Made by a program: the position numbers and the translations under genes
DNA from: Cyanobacteria bacterium P01_A01_bin.123
Lineage (GTDB): Bacteria; Cyanobacteriota; Cyanobacteriia; Phormidesmidales; Phormidesmidaceae
Reading direction: 5' to 3'
DNA: 64,000 bases
Assembly (NCBI GenBank): GCA_039815185.1
Contig: JBCBZT010000010.1
Coordinates: 1-64,000, forward strand
In this document: positions 9,267 through 17,242 of the stretch, piece by piece
How positions within the stretch are numbered: position 1 is the first letter of the stretch
Layout: each line of letters starts with the position of its first letter
Notes under the pieces: generated by a model
What the model was told of the DNA's origin: nothing
What the model saw: the letters and a program-made list of their open reading frames with translations, nothing else
Databases searched by the model: none

Positions 9267-10808
9267 TTAGGCGGTGACAATTTGCTCGAGTTTGTCTCGC
9301 ATGCCTTCCAGGTTTTCACCCCGAATGGCCTCGTAAGGGACGACAACCCAGCAGGCACAACCCCACAAACATTCCCCAGCCATTCCTTCAAAGCGAATAG
9401 CGGGTTCTGAGAGCATGACCCCCAACTCTAAGAGCCAGGAATGCTGCAATAGCTTTTCCTCCCAGAGTTTTGTGTCGTACTCAAGGCGAGCCTCAAAGAA
9501 GAGTTCCAGATCGGTTTTCTTGGCACCGGGAATCACGAACTGGATGTGGGTTTCACCATTGCTGGTAGACTGAACCACTTCTGGCTCCAGAATCGGCGAA
9601 AAAGCGCTGTTCATCTTGCTCGCCAAATCAGCCAGTTGTTCACCTAAATCGACAGTCTCTGGCACCGTAACCCGCAACTCAAAGAAGTCTGTGGTAAAGC
9701 TGTGGGCCATCAGACCGAGTTGATTGGGGAGGGTGTCCACCACACTGTCAGGGCTGACCGCTCCAAAGACATGCACCCAGCGTTCGCCATACTGACTGCG
9801 GGCGGCCATATGCTGAGACGGCGGCGCGCCGACCCAGTTCAGTAGTCGCAAGGACTCATAGATATCCAGGCCCTGATTGCGCGTGAAGAAGGACGCCAGC
9901 TCACTATCCACTTTTTGCCGGGTGGCTGCAAAATCCTGGGTTTCTTGCCAGGCCTGTTTTTGAGGCACCATCATAAACCCAGCAGTAAAGGGATTGCGAT
10001 AGAGATCCCCCCAGACCTGCACGACCCCCTTATTTTTCTCCTGATCTAGCATGCAGTCCAGCTCATTCAGCACGGGGAACAAAGCACCGTCTGATTGATA
10101 GTCCGGATCGCCCTCACAGGGGGCAATGCCGACCCCCAGCACCAAAGCCCGACGGCCAAACTTGACGTTGGCCAGATGGCGGGCCAGATCCATCACAATG
10201 CCGCTACCCGTACTGTCCCCCAGACCAAATACGATACAGACGATGGACTGGCAGGCCGTGGCATCGACGCTCTTGACGAACATCTCCAGTTCAGTATCTA
10301 GGGTCTTCTCGCCCTCGTAGTAAGCTTTGCCGTAAATCGCTTTAGCGATCGCCCGCGGGAAAGGCTCACCAGCTTTGGGAATCTGAATGTTGTCGGGTAA
10401 CCAGGGCTCGTAGTTGGGATTCCAGTAGTAGCGGGGATACTCTAGCTTGAGGTACTCTCGATAGCGGCGTAGGGAAGTGAATAACTCATCGCGAGTGGGC
10501 ACGGCCAAGCTGGCGGTTCTCACCTGGGCGCGATCGCTCGGCAAAGTCTTGGCCAGCTCTGCAACCTCTGCCAAATTCTGGTCACCAATGTCTACGGCGA
10601 GGGCAGTAAACCGCTTGCGATCGTCTGTCAAAAAATCGTCAGGGGCTTGTCGGATAGTCTGGGCAATCACATCAGCGCCCACCTTACCCAAACCCACCAT
10701 ATGGACGACTGACGGCATCGGATCTGCATCCTTGACCCGATGAACCCCACCCCGTTTCAGGGCTTCTAAGCGCTTTTTGATGCGGAGCATCTCTTGCTGT
10801 TCAGCCAT
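9267..10808 (-). CDS. Tubulin/FtsZ-fold protein with C-terminal CLWGCAC motif; putative ANHase-type nitrile hydratase subunit (paralog)
   Basis: VGLGKVG, VDIGD, FGLGDSTGSG; EPAIRFEGMAGECLWGCACWVVVPY. Likely start ATG 10808 (GAAGG upstream). Confidence 0.7.
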   Translation of the reverse strand: MAEQQEMLRIKKRLEALKRGGVHRVKDADPMPSVVHMVGLGKVGADVIAQTIRQAPDDFLTDDRKRFTALAVDIGDQNLAEVAELAKTLPSDRAQVRTASLAVPTRDELFTSLRRYREYLKLEYPRYYWNPNYEPWLPDNIQIPKAGEPFPRAIAKAIYGKAYYEGEKTLDTELEMFVKSVDATACQSIVCIVFGLGDSTGSGIVMDLARHLANVKFGRRALVLGVGIAPCEGDPDYQSDGALFPVLNELDCMLDQEKNKGVVQVWGDLYRNPFTAGFMMVPQKQAWQETQDFAATRQKVDSELASFFTRNQGLDIYESLRLLNWVGAPPSQHMAARSQYGERWVHVFGAVSPDSVVDTLPNQLGLMAHSFTTDFFELRVTVPETVDLGEQLADLASKMNSAFSPILEPEVVQSTSNGETHIQFVIPGAKKTDLELFFEARLEYDTKLWEEKLLQHSWLLELGVMLSEPAIRFEGMAGECLWGCACWVVVPYEAIRGENLEGMRDKLEQIVTA

Positions 10809-10995
10809 AATGAAACCTTCTAATAGGGAACCTGCTGCGGTTGCCGCTTTAGGAGGCAACCCTAAGCTTGTCGTTTTACCCAACTGTGTAGAAACCTCTC
10901 CCAACCTTTCCTGACGAAGGAGAGGAACCCGCTTCTCACCAACCTCTCTTGACGGTGACGAAGCTTGCCCCAAGGGTTGAAGAAGGGTGCCGCAG

Positions 10996-11031
10996 GCAGT
11001 GAGGTTTTTGGGTATTGGAAAACCTCACCGC
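10996..11031. other. Strong stem-loop between amiE and the first tubulin-fold gene
   Basis: GCAGTGAGGTTTT-N10-AAAACCTCACCGC inverted repeat. Confidence 0.5.
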
Positions 11032-11112
11032 TTAAGGTTTAGAGCCCCCATCACCTGAGATGGCCTTGCCATCACTGCCTGAGTCAGCGACCGGGAGACG
11101 CCAAACCCTTAC

Positions 11113-12204
11113 CTAGCCCTTAACGCTGACGGAAACTGTTTTTTCGGGTTGAGGCTTGACCACAGGCGTTGGCAACTCCCGCTTCGACGGGATGCCCTCA
11201 ATGGGACACTCCTCTGTACCCGCTGTCGTCCGGGTCAGGGCTTCGGCCCGCGCCTTGGCTTTCTCAGGATCAAGCACCCATTCCCGGTAGAAGTCGTAGG
11301 GGCATTCCATCATGCCGTCGTGGCCGTCATCTGACTTGCCCGTCCCGGTGTAGCCCCGATGCAGCAGCTTGAACAGGTGGTTCTGAGACTGGGCATGCTT
11401 GCGGAAATCGCGGATCGCAAACTTAGACAGGGCGGCATATTGCACTCCGTTTTCTTCTTCACCACATTCCCCTAGGGTGCGTCCATCGAACCCGACGATA
11501 GCAGAGTGGCCAAAGTAGCTGTAAACACCGTCAAAGCCAGCTGCATTGGCAACTGCCACGTAAGTGTTGTTCATCCAGGCCATAGCCTTCGACACAACGA
11601 TTTGCTGTTCCTTAGATGGATACATATAGCCCTGGCAGCGGACAATCAGCTCAGCTCCCTTCATGGCGCAGTCCCGCCAGATTTCAGGGTAGTTGCCGTC
11701 ATCACAGATAATCAGGCTGATTTTGAGTCCCTTAGGGCCTTCAGAAACGTAGGTGCAGCCCCCTGGATACCACCCTTCAATCGGGCACCACGGCATAATC
11801 TTGCGGTACTTTTGCACAATTTCGCCCTGATCATTCATCAGAATCAGCGTATTGTAAGGCACCTTATGGGGGTGGGCCTCATGCTTTTCACCCGTAAGCG
11901 AAAAGACGCCCCAAGTCCTGTTGCGAATGCAGGCTTCAGCAAAAATTTCGGTTTCTACCCCTGGAATATCCGCTGCCGTATCCATCATTTCTTGATGGTC
12001 GTACATGATGCCATGGGTAGAATATTCAGGGAAAATTACCAAATCCATCCCTGGTAAACCCAACTTCATGCCATCAATAACAGAGGCAATATTTTTGCAG
12101 TTTGCAATCACCTCTTCTTTAGTGTGCAGACGCGGCATCTTATAGTTGACCACTGCAACACCGACGGCATCTGCACTTGATGAAATATCGCCATGATAAG
12201 CCAT
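11113..12204 (-). CDS. amiE: Aliphatic amidase (nitrilase superfamily)
   Basis: N-terminus [22 protein letters not shown] typical of AmiE; catalytic Glu (FPEYS), Lys (YRKI), Cys ([10 protein letters not shown]). Confidence 0.93.
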   Translation of the reverse strand: MAYHGDISSSADAVGVAVVNYKMPRLHTKEEVIANCKNIASVIDGMKLGLPGMDLVIFPEYSTHGIMYDHQEMMDTAADIPGVETEIFAEACIRNRTWGVFSLTGEKHEAHPHKVPYNTLILMNDQGEIVQKYRKIMPWCPIEGWYPGGCTYVSEGPKGLKISLIICDDGNYPEIWRDCAMKGAELIVRCQGYMYPSKEQQIVVSKAMAWMNNTYVAVANAAGFDGVYSYFGHSAIVGFDGRTLGECGEEENGVQYAALSKFAIRDFRKHAQSQNHLFKLLHRGYTGTGKSDDGHDGMMECPYDFYREWVLDPEKAKARAEALTRTTAGTEECPIEGIPSKRELPTPVVKPQPEKTVSVSVKG

Positions 12205-12641
12205 GATTCACCTCTGGTTTTCAACAATCAGTAAAATTGGTTCAACGTATCCTGGTATCTTTTAACGCTCTGGTACTAAGCGACAAAGCCCCATAGTCTG
12301 ATGGTCTTGGCTTAAAAAGCCTGACACAAACATCGACAAATTTTTGACCGGAAATTATAGATTTGCTTCGCAAAAAAGAAGCAACCTAAGCTCTCGCCCA
12401 CCTAAATGGGTTAAATGAATTCAAACGTTGTAAAACCGATAAAGAGTTAGCCGGGTCAAACAAGTCGAAACGAGAAATCTGTGATTGATGTAAAGCTGCG
12501 CATCACCTGACCTCAGCTCGAATAAAACACAGTGGTGATGACAATTAACACTCAACACGATCGCAGTTCCCAGGAAAGCTTGGGAATAACCGAACTTATT
12601 TCAAGGTCTTTTAGATTGAAGACCCCTAACTCATGTGACAG

Positions 12642-12683
12642 ATATTAGTCAATGAACTAGAGGGAGTTTGTATCGAGCCCTAC
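12642..12683 (-). promoter_or_regulatory. Canonical NtcA-activated promoter for the amiE operon
   Basis: GTA-TCGAGCCC-TAC at 12670-12683, exactly 22 nt from a minus-strand TAATAT -10 element (12647-12642). Confidence 0.75.
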
Positions 12684-12932
12684 TATTTAGTTAACTACTT
12701 AACTATTCATTACTTAGCCAACTTCAGACGGCCCTTCTGTGCCCACGCCCTCGTCGCGTAAGGATAGCGCTGGCCAGATTGCCTAATGCACCGAATACCG
12801 CTGGGAGGCTCACTATACAAGCAATCTGGCTCGCAGCAGCGCACAAAGCTTTGTGGCTACTGCTATATCACTTGTCCCCGAGCAAAATTCGAGAAACCAC
12901 CTTCATGTGTAGGGATGCACAGATGTTTGCCC

Positions 12933-14105
12933 CTATGACTCATCAATGGGCTCAGGTTGATTGTCCAACAGTCGAATAAATTTCATGATCAGCTCAATCA
13001 GCGTTTGGCGTTCAATTGGATCCAGCATCTCCATCAGTTCAGACATCTGATACTGCTTGGGGGTAATCTGCTCTAGAAAATCTTGTCCAGATGGCATCAG
13101 CTTTACTACCAAAGCTCGGCGATCGGAAGGATGACTGTCCCGTTTGACATAGCCGTCTTGTTCCAGTCCGTCCAGCAAGCCCGTCATCGCAGCCCGCGAC
13201 ACACCACAATGTTGGGCCAAGGCAGAGGGTTTTGCACACAGTTCTGGTTCGCCACTCAGATACATCAACACCCCTAGCTTTGATTGGGAAAGTCCGAGTT
13301 GGGTAGATTGCCCGTCCATGATCCGCAACACCATCCGAGCAATGCGAGACACCATCGACATCATATGTAAAGTGCCCGTCCCGTTTGCGGTGCCGTTATT
13401 CAAGGTGGATGCAGGGGCTGCTAGGAGCTCTGGGTTCGGTTGAGACAATTGGCTTTGGAGTGATTGGAGTTTCCGCTCTAACTGATTAATCTTTGCCCGT
13501 TCCTGCGCCTCATCAGTTTGTTTGTCTTGGGCGAGTTGTAACGCTAAACTTTGACTGGCCTCCATCATTTGCATGATGGTCGAAAACGTTCTCAAAGCCG
13601 TAATCACGCTGATAAAGAGCTTGCGAGCGGTGAGCTCAGTCTTCGTCTTATAGTCGTTGATGCCGTAATTCACCGCGACAATATCCTCAGGAGCCTGACC
13701 AGGCTGCCCAGTGCGTAAGATAATTCGGGTGGTTAGATTTCCTAAGTCCCCTCGGATATAGTTGATCAACTGTAGACCAGCATCGTCGGTTTCCATCACC
13801 ACATCTAGAAAAACGATGGCAATATCGGGGCAATCCCGCATAATTTGTTGGGCCGCTTCAGCTGAGTAGGCGCTGAGAAAGGTGAGGCCACAGTCTTCGA
13901 AGGTGACATCACTCAGTGCCAGTTTTGTGATGTCGTGGACTTCTACCTCATCATCGACGATCAGAATCTTCCAGCTTTTCTCCGGTCGATTGGCTTCGGT
14001 TTCTTCAGCAAATTGGATTTCGTCATCATCAAGGGCTGCCTTGGTGCGCTCTATTTCAGCTTTGAGTCGAGAGTCGTCGTTCGTATGCTTTGGCTTTGAC
14101 ATCAC
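12933..14105 (-). CDS. Response regulator with N-terminal REC domain and C-terminal MarR-type winged HTH
   Basis: ILIVDDE, FLDVVME, LRTGQPG, DYKTK receiver; LSQSKLGVL...SRAAMTGLLDGLEQDGYVKR..HPSDRR MarR signature. Confidence 0.88.
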   Translation of the reverse strand: MMSKPKHTNDDSRLKAEIERTKAALDDDEIQFAEETEANRPEKSWKILIVDDEVEVHDITKLALSDVTFEDCGLTFLSAYSAEAAQQIMRDCPDIAIVFLDVVMETDDAGLQLINYIRGDLGNLTTRIILRTGQPGQAPEDIVAVNYGINDYKTKTELTARKLFISVITALRTFSTIMQMMEASQSLALQLAQDKQTDEAQERAKINQLERKLQSLQSQLSQPNPELLAAPASTLNNGTANGTGTLHMMSMVSRIARMVLRIMDGQSTQLGLSQSKLGVLMYLSGEPELCAKPSALAQHCGVSRAAMTGLLDGLEQDGYVKRDSHPSDRRALVVKLMPSGQDFLEQITPKQYQMSELMEMLDPIERQTLIELIMKFIRLLDNQPEPIDES

Positions 14106-14166
14106 TAAGTCTCAAACACAGTTTGTTCCCAATGAAATATGAGTCGATGGGGGCGGGCTAATGGGA

Positions 14167-16977
14167 TTACGCCAGGGGTAGCACAATGGTAAACTTCGTG
14201 CCCTCTGCCAATTGGCTTTCACAGCGGATCGTGCCGCCCAGCTTGCGGGTTACAAGGTTGTAGACAATATGTAGACCCAGCCCACTACCACCTTGCCCCC
14301 GTTTTGTTGTAAAGAATGGCTCAAAAATCTTACCCAAATTTTCTGCAGGGATGCCGCTACCTTCATCAGCGTAGACAAAGACGAACTGGCTACTGCACTG
14401 ATAGAAATCAAGCGTAATAAAACCGTGATCATCCATGGGGTAAGCATGGAGAATTGAGTTCATGACGAAGTTTGTCACAATCTGAGAAAATGCACCCGGA
14501 AAGCTATTGAGGCTAAGTGTCGGATCCCCTTGAATGACAACCTGATGCTGTGTGGCTTTGAGTTTGGGGCTCAGCTGCAACAGGATTTCTTCCAAATAGG
14601 ATTTGACGTTGAAAACCCGCTTAGATTCACTGGATTGGTCAACCGCCACCTGCTTAAAGCTCTGAATCAGTTCTGCGGCTCGTTCGAGATTTTTCAGCGC
14701 CATCTGGCTGCTTTGCTGGGCCGTCGACAAAAACTTTTCGAGTTCAGACCGTTTGATTAATCCCACCTTGAAGTGCAGTGCAAAGGCATCCGTTTTTTCG
14801 GCAAGCAGGGATGTTGCGGTTACGCCGATGCCAATGGGCGTGTTGATCTCATGGGCAATGCCTGCGACCAATCTACCCAGTGCAGCCATTTTTTCGGTTT
14901 GAATCAGCTGATCTTCGGCCTGTCGCAAACTGTCTAGGGTCTGCTCCAACTGCTGGGCTTTCTCATTGAGCTGGGTTTCTGCCAGCTGTCGCTCTGTCAC
15001 CTCTTGCTGCAATTGCAGATTTTGCTTGTCGAGTTCATCTTGGGCCAAGTGGCGACTTTCCTGAGTTAGGACTAGCCACCAGGCGCCAATGCCAATCAGC
15101 ACCAAGAAAACAGCATAGACTTCTATCAGGGTTGCGGTTAGCCGCTGAGCGGTAATCTCGGAAAGATTTGCAGTAGCGGTGACTTGCTGATAATAAATAC
15201 AGCCTAGCGTCGCCCCAACTAGGCTGGATAGTAGCAGGGCGACCAGGAAAAATCGTAGCAGTCGGGTGCCCAGTTGGGGCGAGAGCTTAGTGCGAAAGAT
15301 CCCTAGGGACGTACCCTGGGCCAGTTCCCCCTCTAGATCTGGACTATGGGGCTGGGGATGTTTACAAACGTCGTTGCAGCGGGCATCCAAGGTGCAACAT
15401 AGGGAACAAATCATGTCACTGTAGACCGGGCAAACGGCCATATCTTGAGGCTCATAGGTTTGCCGACAGATGCAGCATTGAATGGGTTCGGCGGTAGCGC
15501 GAGGCAGGATAGCTTCCTTGCGGGCGATGTAGTATTTGCCTTTCGTGATTAGAGCGATCGCGGGTGCAAGGAGCAAGGCTAGCCCCAGCGCAATGAAGGC
15601 GGCAAAGGCTTTAGCCCCAACGCCAAAGAGGCCCACAAAGGCAGCCATTGCGACCAGTGATGCAATTAAGGTAGAGCCCACCCCGACGGGGTTAATGTTA
15701 TAAAGATGGGCCCGCTTGAATTCGATGTAGGGTGGACTCAGCCCCAAGGGTTTGTTGATCAGCAGATCGGCGACTAGGGCACCGACCCAAGCGATCGCCA
15801 CATTAGAATACAGCCCGAGCACCGCTTCCAGGGTGGAAAAAATGCCCAGCTCCATCATCAACAGGGCGATCGCCACATTAAATACCAGCCACACCACCCG
15901 TCCTGGATGGTTGTGGGTCAATCGAGAAAAAAAGTTTGACCACGCGAGGGAGCCCGCATAGGCATTGGTGACGTTAATCTTCACCTGGGAAAGGATGACA
16001 AAAAAAACCGTGACCGCCAGCACCGTCTCTGGATTAGAAAACACATATTCAAATCCAATCCGGTACATGTGGGTGGGTTCATTGGCCTTTGCGAGGCTAA
16101 TGCCATGATCGAGCGCCAGGGTGGCTAGAAAGGCACCCCCTAACTGCTTTGCACAGCCGATAATAATCCAGCCGGGGCCGGCCGCAATCACCGCGAGCCA
16201 CCACCTGAAGGGATTAATATCTTCCGAATCTGGCAAAAATCGCAGGTAATCAACCTGTTCACCAATCTGAGCAATCAGCGAGAAGGAAACGGTCGTCGCC
16301 ACCCCAAACAGCAGGGGGTCAAACCCAGGGCTGCTACTCGATTCTCCCGCAAAGTGAATCCAGTTTGAAAATGCACTTGGTTCTCGATAGAGGATACAGA
16401 CGTAGGGCAAAATCAGCAGAATCAGCCAAATCGGTTGCGTCCAGAGCTGCAGCCGATTAATCAGGGTCATGCCAAAGAACACCAATGGAATGATCACCAA
16501 AGAACAAACAATGTAGCCAATCCAGAGCGGTAACTGAAAGTACAGCTCCAGGGCCTGCGCCATAATGGCGGCTTCTAGGGCAAAGAAAATAAAGGTGAAT
16601 GAGGCGTAGATCAGTGAGGTAATGGTGGAGCCAATGTAGCCAAAGCCAGCCCCTCGGGTCAGCAAGTCAATATCAACGTTGTACTTCGCTGCATAGTAGG
16701 AAATGGGCAAGCCGGTCAGAAAAATCACCAGGCCGACCACCATGATGGCCCAGAAAGCATTGGCAAAGCCATAGTTTATGGTTAGCGATCCACCGATCGC
16801 TTCTAGGGCTAAAAAGGACAACCCCCCCGCCGCCGTATTGGCCACGAGCCATTCGGGCCATTTGCGAAAGGATTTGGGGGCAAACCGCAGGGCATAGTCT
16901 TCCAGGGTTTCAGTGGCGACCCAGGTGTTGTAATCCCGTCTGGCTTTGACGATTTTGGAGTTGGGTTGACTGGCCAT
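14167..16977 (-). CDS. Sensor histidine kinase with N-terminal NCS1/cytosine-permease-like transporter domain and Cys-rich linker
   Basis: About 12 TM segments (RRDYNTWVATETLEDYALRF..., QVKINVTNAYAGSLAWSNF), Cys cluster, AHEINTP H-box, N/G1/F/G2 boxes. Start at 16977 or 16998. Confidence 0.88.
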   Translation of the reverse strand: MASQPNSKIVKARRDYNTWVATETLEDYALRFAPKSFRKWPEWLVANTAAGGLSFLALEAIGGSLTINYGFANAFWAIMVVGLVIFLTGLPISYYAAKYNVDIDLLTRGAGFGYIGSTITSLIYASFTFIFFALEAAIMAQALELYFQLPLWIGYIVCSLVIIPLVFFGMTLINRLQLWTQPIWLILLILPYVCILYREPSAFSNWIHFAGESSSSPGFDPLLFGVATTVSFSLIAQIGEQVDYLRFLPDSEDINPFRWWLAVIAAGPGWIIIGCAKQLGGAFLATLALDHGISLAKANEPTHMYRIGFEYVFSNPETVLAVTVFFVILSQVKINVTNAYAGSLAWSNFFSRLTHNHPGRVVWLVFNVAIALLMMELGIFSTLEAVLGLYSNVAIAWVGALVADLLINKPLGLSPPYIEFKRAHLYNINPVGVGSTLIASLVAMAAFVGLFGVGAKAFAAFIALGLALLLAPAIALITKGKYYIARKEAILPRATAEPIQCCICRQTYEPQDMAVCPVYSDMICSLCCTLDARCNDVCKHPQPHSPDLEGELAQGTSLGIFRTKLSPQLGTRLLRFFLVALLLSSLVGATLGCIYYQQVTATANLSEITAQRLTATLIEVYAVFLVLIGIGAWWLVLTQESRHLAQDELDKQNLQLQQEVTERQLAETQLNEKAQQLEQTLDSLRQAEDQLIQTEKMAALGRLVAGIAHEINTPIGIGVTATSLLAEKTDAFALHFKVGLIKRSELEKFLSTAQQSSQMALKNLERAAELIQSFKQVAVDQSSESKRVFNVKSYLEEILLQLSPKLKATQHQVVIQGDPTLSLNSFPGAFSQIVTNFVMNSILHAYPMDDHGFITLDFYQCSSQFVFVYADEGSGIPAENLGKIFEPFFTTKRGQGGSGLGLHIVYNLVTRKLGGTIRCESQLAEGTKFTIVLPLA

Positions 16978-16999
16978 AACTATGAATCTGTCATGCACG

Positions 17000-17033
17000 T
17001 TGCCGTCTCAAATAACTTGCCGTCTTAAATAAC
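17000..17033. repeat. 17-bp tandem direct repeat upstream of the sensor kinase
   Basis: TTGCCGTCTCAAATAAC / TTGCCGTCTTAAATAAC, one mismatch. Confidence 0.7.
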
Positions 17034-17181
17034 AATGACAGTTTGGTTTCTCAATGACTGAATCCGCGAATGCATTCAGAGCCGTCGCTACCAACAACCC
17101 ACCCCCGAGCGCCCCCTGAATCGTGAGGGAGGGTACATTTAATCGTTAAGTACTGTGAATTCATCAGCGAAAGCATGCACC

Positions 17182-17217
17182 AGTCTTGACATTAACATCC
17201 ATGTCAGGGTTTAGGCT
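17182..17217 (+). promoter_or_regulatory. MerR/CoaR-type operator-promoter
   Basis: TTGACA (17186-91) and TAGGCT (17212-17) are 20 nt apart; dyad CTTGACATT-N6-CATGTCAGG spans the spacer. Confidence 0.7.
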
Positions 17218-17242
17218 GAGGACGCTATTCAGTAAATTTACA

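Noticed and set aside
8819..9391. 190-aa version of the small ORF
   Set aside because: The extension overlaps the conserved C-terminus of paralog A; RBS-backed ATGs exist at 9253 and 9145.
7003..10808. Calling the paralogs ftsZ, tubZ or btubAB (division/segregation)
   Set aside because: The signature loop is altered, the proteins have large Cys-motif C-terminal extensions, and the context is metabolic with no division or partition genes.
11506..12057. Long antisense ORFs (this one and similar ones opposite clpB, gyrA, urtA and the kinases)
   Set aside because: They lie fully opposite well-supported genes and have no motifs; typical antisense shadows.
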